From NCBI GenBank assembly GCA_963663545.1, contig OY760505.1, positions 1,408,001-1,472,000 of the forward strand: a DNA stretch of 64,000 bases, given 5' to 3'. A program made the translations under genes and the position numbers. Positions 27,981 to 39,629 of this stretch are shown here, piece by piece. The notes under the pieces were generated by a model. That model saw only the letters and a program-made list of their open reading frames with translations, had not been told where the DNA came from and did no database searches. Origin of the DNA: Candidatus Delongbacteria bacterium (GTDB lineage Bacteria; CAIWAD01). Positions within the stretch are counted from its first letter, which is position 1. Each line of letters opens with the position of its first letter.

Positions 27981-28726
27981 TCCTTGACACGCTCCACCAG
28001 CATGTCCAGCCGCTCGACAAAGAGCACAGGTTTCCCGTCCAGCTCCAACACACGGGCGCCTTCCTTCTCGAGCTCCGGTCGCAGCCTGGTAAAGATGTCC
28101 AGCGACTCGGCCTCGCTCTTGCCCGCAAGGCTACCCCAGACAACCGGATCGAAACGATCAGGACGCTTCTGCAAACGCCGCACATCAAAGGACTCATCCA
28201 TAGCCAGGCCACGCCACCACGCTTCATCCTCAACCTGCTGCTGGGACGGATCGAGCTCGGCCAGCAGTAGCGTCAGCGCCTTGGGTCCGGCCCAGTCGCT
28301 AAGATAGAGCATGCCGCCGGGGCGTATCACGCGTGCCAGCTCGGCCATGACCGCCTGGCGATCTGGAAACCAGCGGAAGCCGAAACGACAGACGGCCCAG
28401 CGAAACAGTCCGTCGGCAAACTCCATACGGGCGGCGTCCTGCACGGTGGTCACAATGTTGTTGACGCGCTCCATGGCTGCACGGGCAGCGGTCAAACGCA
28501 GCATCCGGTCGCAGATATCCACCGCCATCAGACGACCGCGAACGCGCTGCGCCAAACGGATGGTCAACTGGCCTGTGCCACAAGCTAGATCCAAGCCACC
28601 GTGTGACAAGAGATCACCCAGTAAACGCTGAATGTGATCCACGTCGCCCGGCTGATCCAGGTACTCACAGAGGTTCCAGGATTGTGCATGCTTGTCGAAA
28701 TGCTCGACCAACTCCAACGGGTACAC
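27977..28726 (-). CDS. Class I SAM-dependent methyltransferase
   Basis: LDLACGTG, AVD....ML, DA..M.FADG.F, ELARVIRPGG. GTG start after AGGAG. Confidence 0.88.
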   Translation of the reverse strand: MYPLELVEHFDKHAQSWNLCEYLDQPGDVDHIQRLLGDLLSHGGLDLACGTGQLTIRLAQRVRGRLMAVDICDRMLRLTAARAAMERVNNIVTTVQDAARMEFADGLFRWAVCRFGFRWFPDRQAVMAELARVIRPGGMLYLSDWAGPKALTLLLAELDPSQQQVEDEAWWRGLAMDESFDVRRLQKRPDRFDPVVWGSLAGKSEAESLDIFTRLRPELEKEGARVLELDGKPVLFVERLDMLVERVKE

Positions 28727-28736
28727 CTTGATTCTC

Positions 28737-31049
28737 CTACTTGACCAGCAGAGCCGCGCTGCGCGGTGCCAACTCGACTTCGTACCAGATACCATCAACG
28801 GGCTCTTCATGCCACTGCAGCACGCGCTTGCGCTTCGGCTTCTTCAACGAACCGCGGGTGCCTTCTTCTCCAATGAGATACACCGATCCGCATTCCGCCA
28901 GCAGACGAAGACCACGCGGTATCACAAAACGGTGATTTGTATCACTACTGGTGTTCATCACTACGGCCACGTTGTCATCCGTTGTGCGCCAGCCAAGGCT
29001 ACCGCCCGTTGCGGGCTCGAGCAATTCTCGATCCGCCAGCGCTAACCAGCCGTTCTTGCTACGCCAGTGAATCAGATTGGAGTAGAACGCGGCCAACTGT
29101 CCGTTGCCCTTCATCAGGTCAAAGTCGAGGTAGTTGGTTGCGTTGTCTTTCTCGTAGGAATTGTGGTCGATGCGACCCGCGTTTTCGATATGCGGATTTC
29201 CAGCAGCGATGATCCTGCCTTGGGCAAATTCCTGGCCCGCGTGCAGCATGGGCAATCCTGCGCTAGTCAACAAGTGCATAGCACCCAGGCCGTGAATCTG
29301 CATCTCTGTAGTACTCAGTTCCATGTACTTCTTCGTATCACGGATCTCGCGCTCATCTGTTGTCAACTCAAGCTGCAAACGCACCCAATCGCTAAAGCAG
29401 TGATCGTCGTGACTCTCGATGTAGTTAACCGATTGTAGCGGGTTGTAGCTGATACCGCCATCTCGCAGCAGTGTGCCGCTGACATCGGCGAAAAGACGCT
29501 GCGGTGTGCTCTCACCGTGCATCACACCAAAGAGAAATCCCGGATCGTGCGGGTTACGTCCGCGCAGATCAACGCGGTAGACGTCGTTCCACCAGGACCA
29601 GCCAAGATCGGCAAACAGCTGCGGCTCGTACTCACCACCGCCCCAGGGCTCGGCAGTGTGGAACACGCCACGGGATTCCAGCAACTCGTGGATTTGCGCC
29701 AGCGTGAAATCGTCGATCATGGCTCCCAGGTCGAAGCGGAAGCCGTCGATGTGATACTCATCCATCCACCAGCGCAGGCTCTCCAGAATCATGCGTCGCG
29801 CCATCGGCCTGGCCGTATGAAAATCATTGCCGCATCCGGAGGCGCTAAGGTAATTGCCCGCATCATCCAGACGGAAGTAATACGCAGCATCAATCGACTT
29901 GAAAGGGTTGATATCGTACTGTGATACATGGTTGTACACTACGTCCATAATCACGGCGACACCACTTTCGTGACACGCATCCACTACATGCTTGAACTCG
30001 TCAACCTGGCGTCCATCCAAACCACACCACGCGCCCCGCTCCATCGTCTGGCCGCTTGTGTAGTAGGATTCCGGCGCAAAAAAGTAGCTGGTCATGTAGC
30101 CCCAGTGATTGCGCTCATAGGGATTCCAGTCGTTGAAGATCCAGGTGTCCGGGTTGCGATAATCGATCTCGATGTTGCCAAAATCCTGCAGTGGCAGAAA
30201 CTCCACCGCGTTGAGTCCAAGCTCCCGAATGTGTGACAGCCCGCCGCGCTGCGCTTCTACAAAACCTGCATAGCTGCCCGGTTGATTGGCTCGTGCAGAA
30301 ACATCGGCGCTCATGTCGCGCAGGTGACACTCATAGATCACCCAGGCCTCCCTCTCCGGCGCGACCCAACCAGCGTCCTCCCACTGATACTCACTGCAGT
30401 CCAGCAAGCCGCGCGCCCGATGGAGATAATCGTTGTGGCTTGCCACAACTTTGGCCCAGGGATCAGCAAAAAGCTCACGGTGCGTGTTCCAACCGTTCAC
30501 GCCATTTGGACCTTCAATGGACCAGGCCCAGGCACGCATATTGTCAGTGTTTGTATCACGAATCACCCACACGCCTGGATCACTGTCCCGCTCGGCATCG
30601 AATTGTGACACAGGATCGCCATCGGCCTGCTCAAACAGATATAGGCGCACCGATTGTGCACGCGGCGCAAACAAGCGAAAGGTCCACTCGCCGTCAACCA
30701 GGGTAGCACCAAGCGGCAGATCACTATCAAAGCCATCCAGCACACCTGCCGGTATCACAGCCAGGGATTCGCTCCCCAGACGCAGGCTGTGGTTGCGATC
30801 AATGCGCATCTCAGGGCAACGCAGCAGCATCTCATTTGGTGATTCCACGAGCATGGAAGCAATGGGAAAACTGCGTGGCGCTTCGTTAGGCGCCGGCAAT
30901 TCAACGATCTGGGCATGCAACCACTCCTCGTGACTCAAGTGCCCATCGTGAACCACACGCAGGGTGTGCGCCGACTGTTGTTCAACACGCATGGCAAAGA
31001 CCGGCACGGCGAGCGCCAGCGTGCAAAGAGTAATCAGACTCCGGGTCAT
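28737..31049 (-). CDS. Secreted GH13 pullulanase/isoamylase-like alpha-glucan hydrolase with CBM48
   Basis: Signal peptide MTRSLITLCTLALAVPVFA; PLGAT..F.LFAPRA; WGY, MDVVYNH, DGFRFDL, AEPW, NYIESHD. Confidence 0.9.
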   Translation of the reverse strand: MTRSLITLCTLALAVPVFAMRVEQQSAHTLRVVHDGHLSHEEWLHAQIVELPAPNEAPRSFPIASMLVESPNEMLLRCPEMRIDRNHSLRLGSESLAVIPAGVLDGFDSDLPLGATLVDGEWTFRLFAPRAQSVRLYLFEQADGDPVSQFDAERDSDPGVWVIRDTNTDNMRAWAWSIEGPNGVNGWNTHRELFADPWAKVVASHNDYLHRARGLLDCSEYQWEDAGWVAPEREAWVIYECHLRDMSADVSARANQPGSYAGFVEAQRGGLSHIRELGLNAVEFLPLQDFGNIEIDYRNPDTWIFNDWNPYERNHWGYMTSYFFAPESYYTSGQTMERGAWCGLDGRQVDEFKHVVDACHESGVAVIMDVVYNHVSQYDINPFKSIDAAYYFRLDDAGNYLSASGCGNDFHTARPMARRMILESLRWWMDEYHIDGFRFDLGAMIDDFTLAQIHELLESRGVFHTAEPWGGGEYEPQLFADLGWSWWNDVYRVDLRGRNPHDPGFLFGVMHGESTPQRLFADVSGTLLRDGGISYNPLQSVNYIESHDDHCFSDWVRLQLELTTDEREIRDTKKYMELSTTEMQIHGLGAMHLLTSAGLPMLHAGQEFAQGRIIAAGNPHIENAGRIDHNSYEKDNATNYLDFDLMKGNGQLAAFYSNLIHWRSKNGWLALADRELLEPATGGSLGWRTTDDNVAVVMNTSSDTNHRFVIPRGLRLLAECGSVYLIGEEGTRGSLKKPKRKRVLQWHEEPVDGIWYEVELAPRSAALLVK

Positions 31050-31136
31050 ACGAGGCTCCAAGTGGTTCATGGCGATTCGGTTTCGGTATCTTGCCGCCAT
31101 CAAGATAGCGTTGACCACCGCAAATCGGGTACCGCC

Positions 31137-32432
31137 ATGCACCTGCGCATCGAAACCAGCCGCCGACTGAGCGGCGATTATCTTCCCCAGGGAAACAAGA
31201 ACGAGGCGCTGCCCGTGGTAGCCGCCTGCCTGATGTGTCCAGAGGCCTGCGAGCTGGACAACCTGCCGCAAATCCTGGATGTGGATGTCATGCTGGAGCT
31301 GGTACGCGGTCTCGGCGCGGAGGTCGAGGTGGACGCAGCCAATCACAAAGCGCGCATTCATGCACACGGCATGGTTTCTACTTCCCCCGATGCAGAAATG
31401 GCTACACGCATTCGTGGAAGCCTGCTGCTGGCGGCCCCCATGCTGGCCCGAAGCGGCAGCGCCGTGCTTCAGCGGCCAGGTGGTGATCGCATCGGCCGTC
31501 GTCGCATTGATCCGCACCTGGAGATTCTGGAGAAGATGGGTGCCCATGTTGAGATGGGTCCGCGCGCCATTCGCCTTGAGCTGGACAAGGGCTTTCAAGC
31601 CTGCGAGCTCTTTCTTGAAGAAGCCAGTGTAATGGCCACGGAAACAGCGCTGATGGCGGCGGCTGTAGCACACGGCACGACGGTCATCGACAACGCCGCC
31701 TGCGAACCCCACGTGCAGCAATTGGGACGACTGCTGGCCGCCATGGGGGCCGGTATCGACGGACTGGGGACAAATCGTATCACAATTTGTGGCACGGGTG
31801 GTGCAGAGCACTTGCACGGTGTCACACATCGCTTGCTCGAGGACCACATTGAAGTGGGCAGCATCATCGCGTTGGCGGCCGCCACAGGAAGCGCCATTCG
31901 CATTCCAGGTGTCACACCGAACAACTACCGCATGGTGCAGCGAGTATTCTCGCGCCTTGGAGTTCGCTTCATGTTTTCCGGTGATACAATGCTGATTCCT
32001 GAGGATCAGGAACTGCGCGTCGACTACGATCGCAACGGAGCGATTCCGCACATTCACGATGCGCCCTGGCCGGGTTTCCCCGCCGACTTGAGCTCGATTG
32101 CCGTTGTGCTGGCCTGCTGTGCTGAAGGCAGCGTGCTGATTCACGAATGGATGTTTGAAAGCCGCTTGTACTGGGTTGATTCCCTGATCTCGATGGGCGC
32201 GCGTATCACGCAATGTGATCCACATCGTGTAGTCGTAGACGGCGGACGTCCGCTCTACTCTGCCACTCTCAGCAGCCCGGATATCCGTGCTGGCATGAGT
32301 CTGCTTATCGCTGCACTGCGCGCCGAGGGCGTGACACGCATTCACAATGCCCAGCAGATTGACCGTGGTTACGAGCGCATCGACTTACGCCTGGCTGAAC
32401 TGGGTGCTAAAGTGCAACGCGTGCGCGAGTAA
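31137..32432 (+). CDS. murA: UDP-N-acetylglucosamine 1-carboxyvinyltransferase
   Basis: G.KN.ALP, IRGS, PGGDRIGRR..D.H, SV.ATE, NAACEP, PWPGFP.D, DIRAG, IDRGYE. Confidence 0.95.
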   Translation: MHLRIETSRRLSGDYLPQGNKNEALPVVAACLMCPEACELDNLPQILDVDVMLELVRGLGAEVEVDAANHKARIHAHGMVSTSPDAEMATRIRGSLLLAAPMLARSGSAVLQRPGGDRIGRRRIDPHLEILEKMGAHVEMGPRAIRLELDKGFQACELFLEEASVMATETALMAAAVAHGTTVIDNAACEPHVQQLGRLLAAMGAGIDGLGTNRITICGTGGAEHLHGVTHRLLEDHIEVGSIIALAAATGSAIRIPGVTPNNYRMVQRVFSRLGVRFMFSGDTMLIPEDQELRVDYDRNGAIPHIHDAPWPGFPADLSSIAVVLACCAEGSVLIHEWMFESRLYWVDSLISMGARITQCDPHRVVVDGGRPLYSATLSSPDIRAGMSLLIAALRAEGVTRIHNAQQIDRGYERIDLRLAELGAKVQRVRE

Positions 32433-32441
32433 CTTCTCCGG

Positions 32442-32810
32442 CTACAACTCGCCCAAAATCCGCTGCAAATCGCCGGGATGAAAGGGCTTCTGCAGACAGG
32501 CGTCAATATGCGGCGCATCAGCACGTGAAGCCACATCTGGACGCCCCTCACCGCTTACCAGCACGCAGCCGACATCAGGGTAGCTAGCACGCACGGCGCG
32601 AATGGTCTCGATGCCGTTGATGCCACGCATATTCATGTCGACCATCATGGCACCATAGCAGCAATCCCTGCGCTGCAGGATCTCCAGCGCTTCTTCACCG
32701 CTCGTGGCGACATCGACCTGATAGCCAGCACGCCGCAGACTGAGCACGGCCACCCGACAGATGGCTTCGTCGTCGTCGACAAACAGAACGCGCTTTCGTG
32801 CGAAATCCAC
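32442..32810 (-). CDS. Single-domain response regulator (CheY-like)
   Basis: VLFVDDD, VDMNM.G.NG, VSG, LQKPF. Confidence 0.9.
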   Translation of the reverse strand: MDFARKRVLFVDDDEAICRVAVLSLRRAGYQVDVATSGEEALEILQRRDCCYGAMMVDMNMRGINGIETIRAVRASYPDVGCVLVSGEGRPDVASRADAPHIDACLQKPFHPGDLQRILGEL

Positions 32811-32827
32811 ACTGCCTCCCTTGGCTG

Positions 32828-32859
32828 AAAGAACCCCGACGGCACAAGCCGCCGGGGTT
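32828..32859 (-). terminator. Terminator-like hairpin between the DUF481 gene and the response regulator
   Basis: Minus strand reads AACCCCGGCGGC-TTGT-GCCGTCGGGGTT-CTTT. Confidence 0.5.
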
Positions 32860-32907
32860 GGTTTTCTCGCCGTCTACTCAAGTATGCAGTGCAAGCAGGC
32901 GGGTCAA

Positions 32908-33714
32908 CTAGAAGTTGAACACGAGCGAAGTAGACAACACTGTATCGGTTTTGTCGTATTCAAAAATCACATCCGGAAAGTTCTCTGCGCTGTAGACCTC
33001 TAAGACCGGCGTATTATCGAATTTGAGCGCATAGCTGATTTTCAACGCCAGATTGGCGTGCAGGCTGGCGGTGAGGCTGGTGATCCAGTTGATGCGATAG
33101 TCTTCGCTGTCTTCGAAGTTGCTAAGGAACTCAAGCTCCGAGCTCAACTTCGCGGTTTCGGTCAGAGTGCGATCGTAGTTGGTGAAGGCACGCAGGAAGC
33201 TGGCTCCATCGGATTCGCCATCGACCGGCGTTTCATCGGTATAGGTATAACCAAGCTCCAGAGCCGCCGTCTGCAGCTCCTGCTCCAGATAGGTGTAGCC
33301 AAAACCAGCACCGAAGCTCAGGCGACGATCCAGACCGGCCAGTTTGTCCTGCTCCCAACCCGCGCTGGTGTACCAGGTAGCTTGGCCAATAACTTTGCCA
33401 CGCAAAGTAGCCGCCAGGCGATAGTTCTCTGCTGTCTTCTTGGATGACTCCGGCACACGAAGCGTGCCATTGTCATTATAGGGAGCGCGCTCCGTGGTCT
33501 TTGTACGTAGGACGCCTGCATCCACAGTCAGGTTTGTGACACCCAACTTAAGCTTCAGCTTGTCGCTTAGCGAAAGGTTGCTGGTCTGCGTGTTACCGCT
33601 GGTCTGCACCCAGCTCAAATCGGCCACGTTGCTCCAACTGCGGGCCTCCTCGGCCTGCAGAGCCGCTGTCACCGCCAGGCTTGCACAAACCAGTGCCAGT
33701 GTATACTTCATCAT
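32908..33714 (-). CDS. DUF481 (YdiY-like) outer-membrane beta-barrel protein
   Basis: Signal peptide, W......S...TSGNT, D...GLD.R...GAG.GY, DT..STSLVFNF with terminal Phe. Confidence 0.85.
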   Translation of the reverse strand: MMKYTLALVCASLAVTAALQAEEARSWSNVADLSWVQTSGNTQTSNLSLSDKLKLKLGVTNLTVDAGVLRTKTTERAPYNDNGTLRVPESSKKTAENYRLAATLRGKVIGQATWYTSAGWEQDKLAGLDRRLSFGAGFGYTYLEQELQTAALELGYTYTDETPVDGESDGASFLRAFTNYDRTLTETAKLSSELEFLSNFEDSEDYRINWITSLTASLHANLALKISYALKFDNTPVLEVYSAENFPDVIFEYDKTDTVLSTSLVFNF

Positions 33715-33788
33715 GACTCCTTGTGTTACAACTCAATCCTGTCTACGGCGTAGTTGCAGCACCGCGTTTGTATCACGTCTGCCGAAAC

Positions 33789-34628
33789 TCAGCCCGCGTT
33801 CTTGTCCAGATGAACCTCCATCTGCGGAAAGGGAATGCCAATGCCAGCCTCGTCGAGATCCAACTTGATCTGACGCGTGAGCGCTTCCTTGACGCCCCAG
33901 AAATCGCCCGTGTTACACCACACGCGTACCTGCCAGTTGACGCTGGAATCCCCGAGATCCGTCAGCACCGCCACGGGGGCCGGATCGAGTAGTAGCCCGG
34001 AAACCTTGCCCGCAGCAGCAAGCAACACTTCGCGAGTTCGGTCGACAGAAGCACTGTATTCAACGCCTACATCTACGCCCACACGGCGCGTGGGATGCCA
34101 GGTTACATTCTCGATCGTGTTACCGAAAACGCTGCTGTTGGGCAGAATCAGGCGCCGGTTGTCGGGAGTGTCCAGTGTAGTGGTAAACAGGTCGATGGTG
34201 AACACCGAACCCACATTGCCACCGACGCTGATCACATCACCCACCTTGAAGGGGCGGAACACCAACAGCATGATTCCTGCGGAAAAGCTGCTAAGCGTAC
34301 CCTGAAAGGCAAGACCTACGGCCAGGCCCGCACTGGCCAGCACGGCGGCAAAGCTTGTGGTCTCAATGCCAAAGATGCGCAGGCAGGAAACGATAGCCAG
34401 CACCATGATGCCAACACGAATCAACCCACCCACGAAGCGTGCGACGGTAGGATCGCTCTTCTTCTCGATTCCACGCTGAGCCATCTTGCCCAGGCGACCT
34501 GCGATCCACTTCGCCAACAGTAGAAACACCAACACGCCGATCAGGCGCATGCTGAATTGCGTCACCGTAGTAACGATACCGGTTGTATTCAGAACAAAAC
34601 TGCCGATCTGCAGACTGTCTGGCTGCAT
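33789..34628 (-). CDS. mscS: Small-conductance mechanosensitive channel
   Basis: GIETTSFAAVL.SAGLAVGLAFQG.LS.F.AG, RPFKVGD, T.DN...ILPN, GI.IPFPQ. Confidence 0.93.
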   Translation of the reverse strand: MQPDSLQIGSFVLNTTGIVTTVTQFSMRLIGVLVFLLLAKWIAGRLGKMAQRGIEKKSDPTVARFVGGLIRVGIMVLAIVSCLRIFGIETTSFAAVLASAGLAVGLAFQGTLSSFSAGIMLLVFRPFKVGDVISVGGNVGSVFTIDLFTTTLDTPDNRRLILPNSSVFGNTIENVTWHPTRRVGVDVGVEYSASVDRTREVLLAAAGKVSGLLLDPAPVAVLTDLGDSSVNWQVRVWCNTGDFWGVKEALTRQIKLDLDEAGIGIPFPQMEVHLDKNAG

Positions 34629-34795
34629 TTTCTCCTCCTGTTCCCTGTCTTCCCGCGCTGAATCCTGAAGGATTTAGTCACGCCAAGGCTTGATGCTAAC
34701 AAATATTCATCACTCATCACATAGTCTGTTTGGCGAAGCGAAGTCGCTTTTCCAAGGCGCTGATGTTCTACCTTTCAGAAAACACGGGGGAGAAC

Positions 34796-36640
34796 ATGAA
34801 TGCAATAGGAATTCTCTTTCTGTTTATCGCTGCGCTTCCGCTGTGGGCAGAAAACACACATCTGGCGCATTTCGCGTGGCGGGGTGATGCCGAGGATGTG
34901 CGTATTACGGGAAGCTTCCTCTCTTGGTCACCCGAAGGTCTGCCGCTTGATCACGGCGACTCTTCCTGGACACTGGACCTGCCCCTTGAAGCAGGTTGGT
35001 ACTACTACAAGCTGATCCTTGATGGCGAGTGGATTACAGATCCTGCCTGCAGCCTACGTGTTGCCGATGGACATGAAGGCTGGAACAGCGTGATACAAGT
35101 CGGCACGCCGTTGCCACCTCGAAGAATGGAATCACCGGAACCAGCACCGCTACGCGTTCTTCCGCATCCCGTTTTAGAAGACCACGCTGAATGGGTGCGC
35201 TTGTATTACACCGCATGGCGAATGGCATGGAATCATCTGGCTACTGGTGATACAAGTCTGGCCTTTGCGCCACTCTACATGGATGAAGGCTTTAACGAGC
35301 TGATATTCCAGTGGGACAGCTGTTTCATGAGCGCTTTTGCCGTTTACGGACGTGAGATGCTTCCACCGATGGCAGCGCTGGACAACTTCTATGCCCGTCA
35401 GCGCAAGGACGGATACATCCAACGCGTGTATCACGAAGATGATGGACGCGAAGTCATGGAGCCAAGTGAAGCGGAACCAATGGTTAATCCGCCGCTGTTT
35501 GCCTGGATAGAATGGCGGTGGTTCCGTATCACAGGAGATCGTTCGCGCCTTTCTCGCGTGCTTCCGATACTGGACCAATACTACCGCTGGATCGAGAGCA
35601 ACATGCGAACCAGTGCCGGCAGAGGTTTGTATTACAACACCGAGCTGGGCAGCGGAATGGACAATGTACCCCGCCAGTCCTGTGAGCTTGCCGGTTGGGT
35701 AGATATGTCCGCTCAACAGGCGTTGGCTGCTCATTGCATCACGCAAATCGCTGAGGAATTGGGAGCAGCCACATTGGCCAACGCATACGAGCTTCGACAT
35801 CGTGAGCTTGAGCAGCTGATCAACAAGCTGTGCTGGGATGACCGTGATAACATGTATCACGATGTTCGCGTAGACGGTGCGCTTTCACCAACGCGGCACG
35901 TGGGCTCTTTGTGGACACTGTTGGCTGGAATAGCTGCAAAAGAACGACTAGAGCATTTGTGCGATGCTCTCCGTGATACAACCCGTTTTGCTCGAATTCA
36001 CCCTGTGCCGTCCTTGTCAGCTGATGATCCCGATTACAACCCGCAGGGAGAGTACTGGCGTGGTGGGGTGTGGGCACCGACAAACTACATGGTGATACAA
36101 GGCTTGATGCAATACGGTGAGTACGGTCTGGCCCACAGAATTGCCTGTGCTCATGTCTCGGCACTGGCCGAAATCTATCAGCGCGGTATTTCTGACGAGA
36201 ACCGGGCCGCCTTTGAGCAACGCTATGCGGATGGCTATCACACACTCTGGGAGTGTTACGCGCCGGACGCTCTAACTCCCGGCACGCGATGGGACGACAC
36301 CTTCTATGGTCGTCAGGACTTTGTCGGCTGGAGCGGCCTTGGCCCTATCGCCATGTTGATCGAATCCATCCTGGGGTTTGAACTGGACGTCCCCGCCAAT
36401 CGTATCACATGGCATTTGCAGGAACCTGGACGCCACGGTATTGAGTCGCTTGGCTTCGGGCAGCAGAAAGTGAGTTTGCTTAGCGGCCCCGTTCACGCAG
36501 GAGCAAGGGAGATTCAGATTGATTGCGAAGCACAATTCCTACTGGTGTTAGTACTCCCGGACGGCGACGTGCGTAGTCGGGAGATCAGCAGCGGCCACAG
36601 TGAATTCAGCTTGAACTGGCCTCACAGTTCCATATGGTAA
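34796..36640 (+). CDS. Secreted GH63/MGH1-like glycoside hydrolase with an N-terminal CBM48-like domain
   Basis: V.ITGSF..W..Y.YKLI.DG.W..DP; FQWDSCF, NPPLFAW, SGMDN.PR, YWRG.VW.PTNY, WECY.P, F.GWS. Confidence 0.85.
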   Translation: MNAIGILFLFIAALPLWAENTHLAHFAWRGDAEDVRITGSFLSWSPEGLPLDHGDSSWTLDLPLEAGWYYYKLILDGEWITDPACSLRVADGHEGWNSVIQVGTPLPPRRMESPEPAPLRVLPHPVLEDHAEWVRLYYTAWRMAWNHLATGDTSLAFAPLYMDEGFNELIFQWDSCFMSAFAVYGREMLPPMAALDNFYARQRKDGYIQRVYHEDDGREVMEPSEAEPMVNPPLFAWIEWRWFRITGDRSRLSRVLPILDQYYRWIESNMRTSAGRGLYYNTELGSGMDNVPRQSCELAGWVDMSAQQALAAHCITQIAEELGAATLANAYELRHRELEQLINKLCWDDRDNMYHDVRVDGALSPTRHVGSLWTLLAGIAAKERLEHLCDALRDTTRFARIHPVPSLSADDPDYNPQGEYWRGGVWAPTNYMVIQGLMQYGEYGLAHRIACAHVSALAEIYQRGISDENRAAFEQRYADGYHTLWECYAPDALTPGTRWDDTFYGRQDFVGWSGLGPIAMLIESILGFELDVPANRITWHLQEPGRHGIESLGFGQQKVSLLSGPVHAGAREIQIDCEAQFLLVLVLPDGDVRSREISSGHSEFSLNWPHSSIW

Positions 36641-36671
36641 AGCCGAAGTCAGGCTGGCCTGACCTCGGCTT
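36640..36671. terminator. Hairpin between convergent genes
   Basis: AAGCCGAAGTCAGG-CTGG-CCTGACCTCGGCTT. Confidence 0.6.
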
Positions 36672-36700
36672 CACTCATCGAATTCAGAAAGCTCTGCCGA

Positions 36701-37681
36701 TCAGATCTTCTCAATGGTCAAGTAGACCAGAGTCTGATTCAGCAGCTGATAAGCTACTTCGCCAAAGGTGACAGGTCCGCCCAACGGCAGCTTCCGGCCT
36801 TCCAGCTCTCCATAGAGATAGTTGAGAATGCAATTGCAGGAGAAGGCGACAGAAGTGGGTCCAACCGGCATTGCACGTCCCAATTCTTCCACATAGTCTC
36901 CGACACTGGCCGCCAGACGGTACTCCACTCCAGCAAACACCGGGGCATAGAAGGTCACTTCACCTTGAGAAGGAACTTCCTGGTGGCTGACGTTGATCAT
37001 GGCACCGCCGTAATTTGCCACCAGTGGAAGACGTGTGTCAAGATTGTGGTCGTGATACCAGGGCGCCAAAGGCTGCCGCACACCATCGATAACAGCCTCG
37101 GTAGCCGAAAAGCCCGTCTCCTCGAAGCGCAGAACAGGTCCATCGCCTTGGTGAAACAGATTGATGATGTTCACGCTTGCGGAGTATTCATCCGGCAAGC
37201 CTAAATGCATCACGATCGCCTTGTCCTCAAAGACCTCGCCTGTGGATCCGTTAAAGGTCTTCGGCATCACTTTGCCCAGATCTGCAAGGAAAACACCGGC
37301 GACCCATCCAGCCAGCGGAGTCAAAAAGATTCCGTCAATTTCGGGTGCTCCCTGCGCAAAGGCGAGATGCACCTTGCTGCCCGCTGGCAGAATGATCAGG
37401 CTGAATCCATTGTCAAAATTGTTCTGGGGTAGCTGCTTCAACTCGCCAGCTGTGTATGCAACAACGCGGGTTTTGTTTACCTGCTCCGGCATTTCTGTGA
37501 CGTAAAGCCTGTCGCGGCTGCAAACGCCACCTTCGCTATCCATGAAGTAGGGTATCGTACCACCGATCCACTCTCCCTTGGGTAGCTGTCGCAGCAACTG
37601 CTCTTCGCCAGCGATGTGCAAGCGCTTGCCGGCATTGATGAGTTCCTGTACTGCAGCCAGTTCTATCAGATTGGTTTTCAT
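36701..37681 (-). CDS. DUF6976 / FIST-like protein
   Basis: AG.E.LL..LP.G.WIGGTIPYFM, FYAPVF.GV.Y, FSCNCILNYLY.ELEG, GP.TFGE.AYQLLNQT. Confidence 0.8.
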   Translation of the reverse strand: MKTNLIELAAVQELINAGKRLHIAGEEQLLRQLPKGEWIGGTIPYFMDSEGGVCSRDRLYVTEMPEQVNKTRVVAYTAGELKQLPQNNFDNGFSLIILPAGSKVHLAFAQGAPEIDGIFLTPLAGWVAGVFLADLGKVMPKTFNGSTGEVFEDKAIVMHLGLPDEYSASVNIINLFHQGDGPVLRFEETGFSATEAVIDGVRQPLAPWYHDHNLDTRLPLVANYGGAMINVSHQEVPSQGEVTFYAPVFAGVEYRLAASVGDYVEELGRAMPVGPTSVAFSCNCILNYLYGELEGRKLPLGGPVTFGEVAYQLLNQTLVYLTIEKI

Positions 37682-37690
37682 AAGTCTCCC

Positions 37691-37915
37691 CTAGGAAAAA
37701 AGCGCGGCGATTTCTGTCTGTAGACGGTGCTCGTTCTTCTCAAAGAGCGCGTGCACTTCGGTCGCAAATTTGGCCATAGTAGCCGCGGAATCATCCAGGC
37801 GCAATCCCAGCTGGGCGCGCTGCAGCAGTAGTTTCAAGGCGAGGAATTCCGTAGATACCGAGATTTGCCCTTTGGCAAGACCGGCCCAACGTGTATCAGA
37901 TGAGGGCGGGATCAT
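37691..37915 (-). CDS. Small helical hypothetical protein co-transcribed with the DUF6976 gene
   Basis: GGAGG SD; stop lies 9 nt before the DUF6976 start; MIP..D.RW..L..G....FLALKLLL.R...LF.KN. Confidence 0.7.
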   Translation of the reverse strand: MIPPSSDTRWAGLAKGQISVSTEFLALKLLLQRAQLGLRLDDSAATMAKFATEVHALFEKNEHRLQTEIAALFS

Positions 37916-38080
37916 GTATCCTCCAATTTGTTCGCAAACCTAGGCTGCTCATCGGAATAATAACGAACCTCTTTCAGTGGGAAGGGAAAGAAAACCACAG
38001 ATGGATCACATAAAACGAAGCCCTGCCGCAAAACAGTGCTGCTCGCTGCAGGGGCTTGGAGTTCTGGCTGTAGAAGCGGA

Positions 38081-39562
<1,482 letters not shown>

Positions 39563-39629
39563 TTAAGGTAGCGGTTGGCGGCAATTAATGCTGGACGAGG
39601 GGTTGTATCACATCGGTTGAGTCGCGAGT

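Noticed and set aside
31050..32345. 1202-aa version of the pullulanase ORF
   Set aside because: The extra part is antisense to murA; the signal peptide and SD place the start at 31049.
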